Source: Podarcis liolepis (lineage: Eukaryota). Taken from it: a stretch of 64,000 bases of DNA. The notes under the pieces are model-generated. The model saw nothing but the letters and a program-made list of their open reading frames with translations, made no database searches and had not been told where the DNA came from. Below, one piece after another: positions 1-47,067 of the stretch; position 1 is the first letter of the stretch, and each line of letters begins with the position of its first letter. The translations under genes were made by a program, and so were the position numbers. The stretch is from assembly GCA_965112155.1 (NCBI GenBank), contig OZ218103.1. One strand, written 5' to 3'.

Positions 1-706
1 GGACAGGCCAGCCACACTTGGGGGCAGCAGGCTAGCTTTGGGGTACAGGGTAGGCCATGTGGCACACAGCTCTGTCCTCCAAAATCTTGCCACTCTCCAG
101 AATCTGCTGTCCGAGGCGACTGCCTTATTCTGTCTAATGGTAGGGCTCTACCCATGAAATGAACTTCACCGGCCCCTGGAATGGGTTATTAGACAGTTGT
201 TCTCTTGGTTCCAGAAAATGAAATAAAATAATGTGTGAAATAATGTGTTTTACTTGATCAACTTTTATAGTTGTAGGAATATATACACTTCTGAATTCTG
301 TGTTGTCTTGGCATAGGTCTGCAAACTTTCAGATTAAGTTGGCCACCTGCTGATTTTAGTGGTCATCAAGTGTTTCTCTGAAATTTGATAACACTTAACT
401 ACCCTGATCAGTGCTAGACACTGTGCCCAGTGTCTCCTCTACCGTTCTTCATAGGTCTGCAGGTTGCCTCTCCTAGGTGAATGGAGAGTGGTAAAAATCC
501 AGGAAGCCTTGAGGGAGGAAGATGTGTTCAGTTATTTTCAGGGATAGTAGGAAAGTGCAGCTGGATGCCTGAGTGTCTGGAACTAAAAGTTCCTGCCTGA
601 GGTTCTAGAGTTGGCGTCCTCTTGGGAGGGATCTTGTGGGTTGCCTGAAAGCAAGCTATTACATGGATATTTCTAACTCCCCTCAGTCTGTCTTTGCTTC
701 CCTCAG

Positions 707-11472
<10,766 letters not shown>

Positions 11473-11574
11473 GTCTATTTTGAGGTCTTGTTAACCATTT
11501 CTTCTGTGTTACATAGTTCCTACATGCAATAATCTCTTACTATCAAGATCCAGAAAGCATGTATGTGTATATAT

Positions 11575-11627
11575 AATAAATTACCAAGTGTGAAGCTTGC
11601 AGATTATTGATAAGCAGATACAATAAA
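11575..11627 (+). terminator. Candidate HECTD3 polyadenylation signals
   Basis: AATAAA at 11575-11580 and 11622-11627, 100-150 nt after the stop codon; usage unverified. Confidence 0.4.
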
Positions 11628-12034
11628 ACAGACAGCCTGCCCCCTTGGATTTTAGTGAGCCCAAAACAAAAAATGGGAATGGTGAAAAACTCTTCATTTC
11701 TGACACAAGTTGCCAGCAAGTGGACAATGGCATGTAGGATTCCAGAATTTAATAATTCTGGTTTCTTTCTCAGGAAAGATGTCAAACAAGAAATGCAGAC
11801 AGTTGCAAAATATATTTGCTGTTAGTTAACATTTTAGAATATTCTTAATTCTCTTCTGAAACCTGTACCTCTCCCTAGGCTGCAATTCCAAACCCACTTA
11901 CTTGGAAGCAAATCCCATGGACCTGAGGTGATGTTTATAAGATTCCTCTGTCAATCTTTCTAGCCAAAGATAAACATGAGGGCCACAGCTTAATTATAAG
12001 TTCTAGAGGAGTATTGGGGGTTTTTGCAGAGAAA

Positions 12035-12102
12035 ACAAGAATCTTACAGCACCATAATGACTAGCATAAGCTAGTGGACTACCATCCACTGCATCAGATG
12101 TG
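12035..12102 (-). mobile_element. Decayed Penelope-like terminal fragment
   Basis: aatcttacagcaccataatgact...gcataagctagtggactaccatccactgcatcagatg; degenerate hammerhead core. Confidence 0.45.
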
Positions 12103-12707
12103 TGTAGTGTTATCATGAGCCTATAGGTTTAGATGCACATTGTTTGGGGAGGAGGGTTGTAATAAGGAAAGGAAATGCAATAAAGTACAGTGATAATTAT
12201 GTACTTAATACAGTACCGGTAATATGAAAAACAGTTCTTGATGACATCCTGGTATTGATAAGCTAATTAGCACACATAATGTACTAAAAATCTATTCAAT
12301 CGGGGGGGGGGATGGGATATATTCAATCCACAAGCAATAGCACCATAAATTCTTAGTACTAAATTACACTGTCTCCTCATTACACACCAACATTGTTAAT
12401 GACTTCATCCTCCGGTTACAGTTCAGGATCTTCCTCTTTGTAGTGATTTCCATGCCTGCTTCTGTGCAGAACTACAGTTCAAAGTTTTCAATACTCCCTC
12501 CACCCACTTTTCTTCTTCCAAGTCTTCCTGTTTTTGTCTCAGCAGTTGCAGTGGTCAGCTCTGGCCACCAGTGGGCATTATGGCACCATAATTAAAAGGA
12601 GCAGTCTGACCATTTGAATTCTAATATTGTTTTGTTCAAATTGTTCAGCTACCCTTCTTACCTGTCCAAAGCATATCGGTATGGCACAATGGAGCCCAAT
12701 ATAATCC

Positions 12708-12861
12708 CATGGCCTGGCATAGCCAGGATTTTTTTGGGCGGGGGCAGAACTTTGTTGGGGGGGGCAGAACCAATGTGATTGATCAGTTAGTTAAGTATTT
12801 CTATTGTTTTACTTGATGGGGGGCAGCTGCCCCACCTTGCCCCCACTTGGCTACACCCATG
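12708..12861. mobile_element. Short non-autonomous DNA transposon
   Basis: Inverted ends ggcatagccagg / ttggctacacccatg; a matching end fragment occurs at ~2433-2465. Confidence 0.5.
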
Positions 12862-13399
12862 AGATAATATAATAACATAAGATGATGCTGAGGTTTAGGA
12901 AAAGTCAGCCCCTCCTCTGCTTTGCTGACTGTGAGGGGCCACACTCCTTCCAATCCCTGCTTCTATTTGATATTAGGCTTTCTCTGATACCACCTTCATT
13001 AAAGCCTTTCACCAAAGCTGTCCCGCGTTGGCTGAGGGAAATAGAACTGTGCTTGGCTAGCTGTTAGAGTCTGTTTGCTAAGCTGGGCCGAGTTCTGACA
13101 TTCTGAAAAGAATTTGAGGGGTGGGGTGGGAATACAGAACCGGGAATATACATTTTTCTGGGGGATTGCTAAACACTTTTTGAAGATCAGCTTTCCAAAA
13201 CAGCAGGGTCTGCCTGCTCCCAATGCTAAATGGAGACTGTGGCCCTCAAAAGCCAGGAGCTTCACTTTACTCAAATAGCAGCAGTTACTAGTATTTATTT
13301 CCCAGTAACAGCAATGGGCTGCGTTTAATAGAAGAGGGGAGACGGAACACTCTGGCAAAATGGCTCCATTCATGGGTCGAGGATGTACTGTCTGTATGT

Positions 13400-14720
13400 T
13401 GGCTGCCTGGGTGGGCCTCGGAGCTGAAGGCTATTGTAGCCGCATAATGGGCTTGATTGGTAATTGGGGAGGTGAATTTGGCGTGGGGGGAAGGGACGGT
13501 GTCATCTCTGCAGCTGGGCTTTTTGTCATGCAAAGCGGGGCAGGAAGGGAAGCTTAAATCCCGCGACTTCACAGCACCTCGGAGCTGCTCTTCAATGCTC
13601 CTCTCCTCCACCCCACCCGCTTTCTCTTATCTCGGCCGGCGTGGTTCTTGCAACCCTCCCAGCCGTTTCCGCCCCTCCCCGGGTTTCCCCACATAAGAGT
13701 CATGAGAGCCTTGGGGAATTTGGGGAGGCGGCGAGCGGGACCGTGTGCAGTTTTTGCTGCAGGGTTAAGCTCAGTAAATTAGGCGAACACCACCGCCTGC
13801 CCTGGCGATGGCAGCTTCCCTCCCCTGTCTCAGGCCTGCGCACAGCCACTTGCGAATCTGACAGGGAGGAAGAGGGGCTGCTGGAGGTGCCGGCGGGCCC
13901 CCTGAGGAGAGCGACAAGAAACGGGGATTAGCCGGGGATGCCGGGGCTCCCCTGCTGGGCGAGGACGTGTAACTCCCCGACACCCTGCGGCGGGGGATTA
14001 ATTACAGACCACACAGCAGGCCAATAAGGGGCACCGAGAGCGCCGCCGCGCGCGGACAGAGGGCCGCGCCCCGGGCTCCAGAGCGCGCCTGCTGGAGAGT
14101 CGTGCAAAAGGGGAACATTCATTTCTGTCCTCTCTCGACATCGCCACGATGCGTGAGGGAGGAACTGCAGGTGGCTCCACATTGCGCGCCGGTCCGGGTG
14201 GGGATGAGGCCCCAGGCCACGCGCGTCGAGTAGCAGGACGAGCGCGCAACTCGCAGGTGCAAAGGAGAGCAAGGGCTCCCGCGCCTCCTTTAATAAGTCG
14301 TGCAAAAAAGGGAATTTCAGCCTTTTGCATCGCCAGCTGTTGCACCTGCTGAAATTCTCAGCTCAGCTGTGAAAGGTGTGGCGGAGCCCTGCTCTCCGTT
14401 GCATGTGGCTCGCTCTCTACCCCGTGGTTCGGCAGGGAGCGGTTACTTGACTGAACCTAAACCGCAGGTGAGGACAACCTGCCACCTTTTAAGTCAGCCA
14501 TAAGCGCCTAGCCTTTAAGCAAGCACGTGACCTCACTATGCGGTGCACGGGGTGAGAGGCGCTGAGGCGCGAGCGGCTTCATAGGTGGAAGCAGCAGAGC
14601 GGGAAGTCGCGGCTGAGGAAGCAAGGTTGAGTCGTGGGTTGGTTAATGGGTCACTCTCGAGGTCTCTTGGGCTGGTTTTCACACAAAAGCTGCTTGAGAA
14701 CAAGCGCGAGCCGACTTCTT
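13400..14720. promoter_or_regulatory. CpG island / candidate promoter or enhancer between the HECTD3 and PTCH2 3' ends
   Basis: Sharp local rise in GC and CpG. Motifs: GC box 13669-13675, CCAAT (13454-13460 reverse; 14021), E-box CACGTGAC 14524-14531, GLI-like GACCACACA 14007-14015. Confidence 0.6.
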
Positions 14721-15589
14721 GTGACTGATAGCATTCCCAGCAGGGGGCACTGTAGTCTAGCCCATGTGTGAAAGACCCGAGATTGCTTTCAGCCAAGCCA
14801 AGGGCGCTTCCAGACGGATGTTTATTGTGGAATCGGTGCTGTTCCAGCATGATTTACCCCCCCCCCGTCTCCAAAACATTGCCATCGAGATGACAGCCCG
14901 CACTTTCCCCACATTTATTGTGGCTTTTGTCATGCAGCAGAAAATCTGTTAAGGAACAAAAATGTAACTCTTTATTAAGAGTTTTGGTACAGTGAAATAC
15001 TGGTGTTGTGCAAAAACTTAGCATTAAGCAACAAACAAAAAAAAACCACACCAAATAGAAATAGATACTGTCCACCCTCCCCACTCAAAAGCAGCACCCT
15101 CCATATTGCCAGTTTTGAAGCATGATATCCAAGGGCTGGTAACATTTGCTCTTCCACTCTTTAAAATTTCCAGTGATTTCTTTTGGAAAAGGTGTATGCA
15201 CCTAGGTACAGAAATACTTGTGTGTGAACCCAAAATGGAGAACAGTAGTGGAGGGTGACTGTAGTAACTGAGGAGAGGGCCCAGAAACTCAGCATGGAAG
15301 TTTTCCATCAACGACCACCGCCTGCTGGTGTGAAATGAAAAACGTAAAACTGAGTGCCAATTGCACATTCAGAAAAAATAGATCTGGACAGCCTGATAGT
15401 GACATAAATTTATTGTACTGAAGCACCACAAGACTTGGCCTGTGAGACAGTTGAAAGATGTTTCTTTCTTTTGCCCCACAGGTCCTGTGTGCTTTCATTC
15501 TGTGTTTTCTGTGTAGATTGAGCTTTCTTTAGGGCTGCAGAAGACTACTTTTGCTTTGCAGCCTAAGAGTGCTGTGTAAGGGTTTTTCT

Positions 15590-15925
15590 TCCCATATGAA
15601 CTGACCCAGACCCTGCAATCATCATCTGAGGCCCTTCTTCATGTGCTTCCTGCATGAGAGATCGGGAGGGTGGCAACATGCGAATGGGTGTTTTCTGTGG
15701 TGGCTCCCTGCTTGTGGAATGCTCTTCCCAGGGAGGCTCACCTGGCGCCTTTTTTACATACCGTATCTTTAGGTGCTAGGCTAAAACATTCCTCTTCTCA
15801 CAGGCTAATTAAACAATCTATGGCTTTTTAAATTGTTTATGTTTGTCACTGCTGTGCGTTTTTGTGCTTTTATATTGTAAGCCACCTGTGATTGTCAAAT
15901 GAAGGGCAGTATGGAAATTTAATAA
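15590..15925 (+). mobile_element. LINE (L2-like) 3' fragment
   Basis: gtggtggctccc...gtggaatgctcttcccagggagg; opposite-orientation relative at 28850-29090. Confidence 0.6.
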
Positions 15926-18900
15926 ATAAGCACATTAATTACCATCTTTAACCACTGGCACTGATTTAGTAGGGCAGCTAGGCAGGAATGAGCCAGCGCC
16001 TTTAAACTCAGGCCTAGACAAACTGGAAGTAGACCATCACTAATAGCTATTGTCTTCTGACTAGCGTAGCTTGCTCCTTCAAGGCCTTCTCTGTTGCTCT
16101 TTGGGTTAAATGTGCTTGCAAGAGGGCCAAGTGCCCACACACTAGAGTCTGTTCTCTAAACTCTTAACAGCACAACTAACCTGTTCAGGGCCAACATGAT
16201 ATCTCAACTAATCAGCTTTAAGGGCATGGATTGGACCTCGAATATGTACTATCAAGTGCACTATTCTGGCTTCTTGAAGAAAGGAAAAGAAAAGAAGCAG
16301 AGATTGAACTCCTGAAGTCTGTCTATCTAAGAGTAACAGAGGCACAATTCACATTTTAGCCACTGAACATGGAGTACAAAATACATAGTGCAGCATTGGT
16401 CAGTGATGCACCTGTATAGAAAGGGCAAGTGGCAAAAATATGTAACATTGCCTCAGTATATATTTTTATTAAGAAAAGCAACTTTGAGAGGTTGCTGTTT
16501 CGCATGAGGGAGCTGGAGGCAAAGGATGCTTCATACATTTCTTGCTTACTGTCCTATTCTAAATTTACCCCGAGCGTTATAAACATACCCTTGTACTGTA
16601 ATAAAAATGAGAAAAGGCAGTGGAGTGATTTTATCATGAGAAAACAGCAGGTGAGAAAAGGGTAAAGCACTCATTCCTTTCCCCACTATTTTTCCACTGA
16701 AAACTGAGCTTTCTAAAGCCATCTTTGTTAACAGAAAAGGGTCTAATGTGTTGCTGTAGAGTTCATCAACATGCTGCATGCCACAGGGACACATGCACCA
16801 CCCACAAAGGCCTTCCCTGGCACCCTTCCTTTGTTTCCTCCTCCCACTGTGATGCTTGAAGAACTGTAGCCAATAGAAGTGTGTGTGCTTGGTTGTGGCA
16901 TGTGCATGCTGCCCATGAGAGGTTGTCCTGTTTGTAAATGTGCCAATGGGCCGCATATTATTTGTCCCTAAATGGCCTTTTTCCTGCCCCCTGAAATATA
17001 CATGGAAGTGGCTGTCAGGAAAGGAATAGGCTGTACACTATTCATAACTAATGCACTGCCTGGGTATTTGCACTCAGGAATGTATAGCCAAAAACGAGAA
17101 GTTAAAGAGAAAATTAACCTAGATAGAGATGGTGCCAAAGAAGAGATAAGATAAACTCGGAAAGAGATGAGGGAAGAAGTTCAGGAAGACTGCAGATGGT
17201 GGTAATTATGAGTCACTTAATGAGGAGCTCAAGACTAAGCCATAGGCTGCTACTTGTAAATTCTATCAGGTTCTTGCAACATGCAGAATTAATGGCTATA
17301 ACATAGGGGGAGAACATGACAAGGAGCATCTGCTATGTCAAGAAGTGTTTGAACAAGGAAAGAAAAAGAAAAATCTTGTGGCAGTATCTCATAGAAGAGT
17401 TCCAAAAGCGAAAGTAGAAGTGCAATAGGCTTGAACAAGAAGCTTCTCCTCCCTGGGAAACGTGGTGATATCATGCTGAGAAGCATCTTGCAGGGGGAAA
17501 GAAGAGGCAGGTAGTGGGAGCAGGGTGTTTAATGCTCAGACACAAAGTCTGGATCCATACAAACTGCTGAGTGAACCATATTTTTAATTCCCAGACCACA
17601 GTTGTTTTAAATGGGCTAATAGATATGAGAAGGGAAGGGTTGGAACTAGCAAGATTAAGAGTTCTCTTCCACTGCTCTCCATTATTCTAATCCAACATTC
17701 TTTCCCCTGGGAGTAACCACTGAATTTTGAACAGAAGTTGCACATTGCTATATTCAAGCATCTGCCTGCCCCCCAGTGCTTTAGTTGCTCCCATAGACAA
17801 TTTCTCTCTGCAAAGAAATGGCAAGATACAAAGCAATTGTGGGGACACCTAATAGGGCCATCAAGTCTGATGGACTTTTGTGAAGAGGGTCCCCTTACTG
17901 AGTCTACAATGCTGCCTGTGTGTGTGTGCAAGCTCTGGTCTCGGTTTGTTTTTCTTTATTCTGCTTGTTGCTCTGCTTGCGGAATCTGCTCAGCTGTGGT
18001 CCCTGTGGCTGCTGACAAGACAACCTCCTAGCCTGCCCGCCCACCCACCCCCCTTTGGCTGGGCTGCACCATTCTGGCTTCCTGAACACACTGGAAAAAT
18101 AAACACTGCCAGGCAGCTGCAGTACAGCCACTGCTGAGATGGCGTTGGAGGCTCAAGAAATTGATCGTGCCAGGGAGGGCAATACAGGGCTGGGGGGTGT
18201 TGTTCCTTGGCCAGACTCCTTTCCATACTTCTGAACTTACAGTGTCTAACTTCCAGCATAATAACAGTTGAAAGCAGACACAGGTTGTGTCTAATTACAT
18301 AGTCCCTCTCTGCACTTTCCAGGGAAGCAAAGATAATGTTTATCCCACTGGACAATTGCTTCCCACTTCATACACCTGTTTTCTGCTGGTTTGTGGAAAC
18401 CTGTGCATATTTATAACATTAATTGAAGTTTATAAAGAATTGAAACTAAGTTGTCACCCCCAACCAAGTTAAAAAATCCAGCTCTTACATCAGAATCGTC
18501 TCCCTCTTCTGCAGAGATTTCACGCTTTTACAGGTTGTTACTGACAACCTAGTATAACAATCCTTTATATTACATGCTATCTTTGGCCATGTCAACTTCA
18601 TCTGTTGGGGTCTCCTACTGCCTTTGACAGGCTGGTTGCAGAAGCTGATTTTCACAAATTGTACTTGACTACATTTTCTGCATCTGTAAATTGCACGAAA
18701 AATTACACTAAGTAGAAATGTACATTTGCGTTTAAGTGATCTCTCTTTAGCTTTATTCTGTCTCCTCAGTAATATTCCCGCATCATAAATTCAGATCGAA
18801 AGTAATTTAGTACCACCTGTGAAAATGTCCAGAGACAACACTCAAGTCAAGGCACACAGATCTTTTCTTCCTTTTTTAAAAATGAAGCACAGTATTTGCT

Positions 18901-21900
18901 GAAGACTGAAAAAAAGTAAACTTTGGATGGTTCCCTCTAGCTCCTGCACCAGTACTTTCCATGCTCTATCAGGCCTTGAAAATACATTTTAAATTGTGTG
19001 AACAGGTTAGTCAGAATCAAATATGCAAATTATATTAAAATGTTTCCTTTAACTAATTAATCCAAAGCTTGCACTTTCTTGGGGCAGGATTTGAACTTTC
19101 TGGGAGCCGAAGAATGTCCAGCTATGCATGCATCATCATATATATTAATTATATATAATGTGCATCCTTACTCATGCATACACAAACTCCTTTTGTTCAT
19201 CAACACACACTTCTCTAAGATGGAAGTCTAGAGCAAAACAAGACACAATGTCAGAAATCTGCGATGGGATTGCATCCTCATTAAGTTTTACCAAATAATA
19301 GCCAAAAGGGAGATTCAGACCAGGACAGTGGTGCTGAGGAGAAAGGCGTTTAACCCTTTCTCCCAGCACCATTTCCCAGCTTAAAGCTTCCTCCCCCAGC
19401 TGTTATTTGTCCTGTTAAGAGAAACCTATGCGTACAGCCTGCATCAATCTAGTAGGTACACTCTTGACTACAAACACAGAGACTCCAAAGCAGGGACCAA
19501 AGAACTGCACACAGGCACCATCAGAAGATAGGTTTATATATAATATATATTTACTTTTAAAAATAAAAACTTCCATTGCAAGGCTAGAGGTCTGTACAAA
19601 CTACAAAAATAAATCTTTTTTCTTTTCATATAAATAATTTATATGGCATGACAACATTTCAGGTTAAAAGGTCTCCAGCACACCTGCTACATACTCACAT
19701 GCACACGCGCACACAGATACACACATGCACACACAATGTGTCCCCCTTTCCACCGTTTCCTGTGCTTTGCTGGTCACAGACTTGTTGGCGGGGGGGGGGC
19801 GCGGGGGGGGGAGGAGAAACACAATTTCTATTGTGAGTTAGCTAGAAGCACTTAGCAGTTTTTTAAGCAGTGTGTGGGTAGAAAGGAGAGCGGGAGAAGT
19901 GGGGCATACATGTCAAATGTTGCTAGGTTCTACCTTTGACAGTGGTTTCTGGTCTAAATAGTTTCATGGTGAGAAAACAGGACAAATCTAAATGGTCAGA
20001 GGAATCTCTGCCACATGTCAAGTTTCTGTGTGCAGGGAATTCTCTCCAGATTCTAGAAGCAGTTCTTAGTTTTAAATCAACTGAATTAATCCATTTTAAT
20101 AGAAGGCCCAATCCTATTGAAGCTGCTAAGGGGGGTTCACACAACCAAAATATGAAAATCTCAGCAGAAACTCCCTTGGCAGCAAGAAGTGAATAGGCAA
20201 TCCGGCATACTTTGGGGGATATAATTACAGCAGTTATTGGGCGAAAGGGAGGGGGAATATAAAGTGCCTGCGGTCGAGAAGGAAGAATGTCACTGAGGAA
20301 GTGGATTCAAAGGTGAATCAGCCCTGCTATCTCACACAAGTAAGCTATGGTGCGTCAGTCTCTGTGCCCAAAAACTACACACAATTTTATGCCCAAGTGG
20401 GTCAGAATTTCACACAGAGCCCCCAAGGGACAACTCCATGTTGGCAAAGAACAGCTAGAAGACATCTGCACTTCTTAATTTATCTCATTCTAAAGACAAA
20501 GTTGTAAAGTGTTATTCCACTACAAATGTCAGTGCCGCTGAGAAACTGGCAAACTACTTGTGTATATAATTGCAGTGCAGAAAGATGTTGAGCAACTTCT
20601 GCAGTTGGAGGGGTCTCTTCCAGAAGCCCAAAATCTCCAAACCTGCAATCGGGAGTACCTAAAGTTATTTCACTGTCTTAAGTGAAAAATACATTTGGTC
20701 CCAAACCTTGTTGAAAGAAATGTGTGTGTGCTGAAAACTGTGGCACATCCATCAGGTTCCAAAATCACTCAAGAATCCTAACAAACAGAATATTTTTTCC
20801 CCAGCTGCCATCTTTTTACTTTAGAGTAGGTCAGAAAGAAAGAAAATAACTTTTTTTTAAAAAAAAGTATTGTGTTTCAGGATTTAGGTTGTGAGCTGTT
20901 GTTTTGTGATTGATGCACAGGGCAGAGCTGGCCAGAAAACTGCACTTTGAATTTTGTGCAAAATTCTGATTTGTGTCCTGAACCAGAATGGAAAAACTGA
21001 AACATTTCATAAAGCAATTTTGACTTAGCTATGTGGAAACCGAGCATGTCAGATGGAAATGGAACTGGTCCTTGAGAACCAATCCTGCTGCCAAGCGACA
21101 GTTCATTTCTTGTTTTTCAGCCAAAGAAGCTGAACCGGAAAGAGATCATTCAGAAACAGAAAAAGCAACCACAGCACTCATACTTTTGGGCAGGAAATGG
21201 AATGTTTTGCCCAACTCGTCTCTCCCGTTGAACATTTTCTGCTCTGATTACTACATAGGGATGTTTTTAGGTGGGAGAGAATCAAAGGATAATTTTACAC
21301 ATGATTTTTTTTCCTACACAGAAATATTTGTGAAGAGGTGGGGGGGTGCTGTACACCATCAGTTGTGAAGGTGCAGCAGGAATGTTTGTGCTGAAAGTAT
21401 GCAGGTCAGGAAGCTAATAATCTCAGTATAGGAAAAACATGTGTTGAAAAACTCAAAACGGTACATTGTCCTTAACAAGGGCAATGAATGGCTGAATTTA
21501 CCACAAGGTCGCCCAGCTTTCTTATTAAAGCAAGCTTAAATTTCCATTTGAAACACTTCCTTCGTAAACCAACACAGTACACATACATTTTTGTACTCAG
21601 GCAGCAGTCTCAGACTACAAACTCACTTGTGAGAAGTACCTCTTAAAACATGGAAGCAGAAAAAACATAAACCCATATAAACTGCTCTTCCAGAAAGCCC
21701 TGCTCTGATCTCCATCTGTGTGGGGTAAATGTCCTGCAGGGCCCAAAAACCTGCCCTGAATGATTCTCATCTTCTGTTAGTCACAAATTATTCCTCAATG
21801 ATATTCTTGGGAAATGATGAAGCTTAAAATGTAAATTCTAAAAGGAAGTACTTATGGGACACTTGTGTGATGGGCTACCTTGGACTGATAAAGAGGCATG

Positions 21901-22900
21901 CAAGCAAAAAGAATAGGGCAGAAAGGTTTTTGTAGTGTGGGATAGGACAGGGAGGAATTTAAAGGGTTTGCAACAGCCAGATGGCGAATGCTGGCATAGG
22001 CAGACATGCCGGTGGAAGCAGGAGCAGAGTGCAGCCCATCCCACACAGCTTGCATAGAAGGCGCTAAGACACATTGTGCCCCTCCATTGCATGCTCCCTC
22101 CACTCCACACGCCCAGGGGGTCCTCTCTCCATTACCACCTCACCCTGGTGTTTCCCCTTAAAGGGATACGCCACTTTTTTTTTTTTAATGAGGGAGCTGT
22201 AAAAATAATAAAAAATAATTATTATAATTATAAGGGGGAGGGTTCGTGACTCTTTTTTATACAGCTTAAAATAATAATATTAATATTAATAAAAATAAAA
22301 GAATAGCAGCACAATGTGGGAGGAGTTTCCCCACGCACAAGTTGAGTCCTGTTCTCTCCATGGGAGGGTCAGTGTTTGGGCAATTCTCTTGCCCTGCCCC
22401 GATGACAGCCATGAGATGGTTCACACAGCATATGGGGAATTGTCACTTTCATTTTCCAGGTTCGATGGGATTGGAACTTTCCCTGTCTGCAGGTGAGTGG
22501 GCACAATGTTATCTGGGCTATCACAGTCCAATGTAAGGATGCAAACTAGGGATGTTTTGAAGCCAGAAGTCCTGGTAACCAAGAAACCCAGCATGTTTTT
22601 GGTGGCAGATAACACCTAGAGAAACATGGGAAAGTGGAGTACCAGGTGCTGAGAGATTCTCCCATCAACCTTTTCACGGCAGTAGCTCATCTGGCCTCCT
22701 TGCTCCAGTTCCCAAAGGCACTGTCTACAGTTGTTTAAACACAGTGCAAGAGCTTCCAGGTATCCATCCTGCTTCACAGTCTGCGGTGTGTGTATGTGTG
22801 AACAATCTGGGCCCCTGACCCCACCAGGGATACTGTGCACATCCCATCCCTGAGGCAGGAGTTCTAGACCCAAGGTCTTGGGCCTGGCAAAAGTGAAATG

Positions 22901-46205
<23,305 letters not shown>

Positions 46206-46839
46206 CTGGAGGGAAAGGGAAAGAAACACTGGAGTGAATATACCTCCCACTTACCTCTGTCCTCTTACTTGGCTCTTCGCTTATTCACATGAGAGACCCT
46301 AGAACTGAGAATAGGCCCACAGGGGAACATCATGCAGTCTGGTCTTCCCTTTAACACATGTATTCTTCTTCACATTATCATGGTTAAAAGAATACATTTC
46401 CCCAACCCTTGGAAGATTTAACTAGTAGACTGATTACTCCAATCTGTGTTGGTTGTCTAATTAATTAAAACAAATTAAAAGACACAGAGAAGTGTTGTGC
46501 TTGATCACACATAGTATTTTTAAAAAACAAAACAAAACACAGCTGCAGAGGTAGAAGTGAGGAGGGGCTCAAGAAGGAGTGGTATTGCTTGATAAGCTCC
46601 CCACCTAGGAGCAAAATGCTACTGGAGAGGAGGCAGGTGTTCAGCAACTTGCAAGGAGCGGTTTTACTGGGGGAGGGGGACACCTGTTGGAGGGAAAGAG
46701 CTAAGAACTGCCTCCCCCACAGTCTTCCACTGTAATTGCAGCTTCTGGGACTGTATTTTATTTTTGAAAAAGAAAGGGAAAGGGCGAGTGGAAGAAGAAA
46801 CTACATATTGAGAAGCTGCTACCAGCACAGAGAGCTATA

Positions 46840-47067
46840 CAGTCATACCTCGGGATAAATACACTTCAGGATAAGTACTTCCGGGCGCGTTACTTCCGGG
46901 TTTCACCGCTCGCGCATACGCAGACGGTCAAAATGACGTCACGCACATGCGCAGAAGCGGCGAAACGTGACCCGCACATGCGCAGACATGCAGTTGTGTC
47001 TTACGTTCTGTTCAGGATACGAACGGGGCTCCAGAACGGATCCCATTTGCATCCCGGGGTACCACTG
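46840..47067. mobile_element. Tc1/mariner-type MITE with related TIRs and a different, CpG-rich interior
   Basis: TA flanks; ends cagtcatacctcgggat / atcccggggtaccactg. Confidence 0.75.

Noticed and set aside
13288-14952. ORFs within the orphan CpG island (possible BTBD19, DYNLT4, RPS8 or similar neighbour gene)
   Set aside because: None of the translations resembles a protein I recognise; no consistent exon chain.
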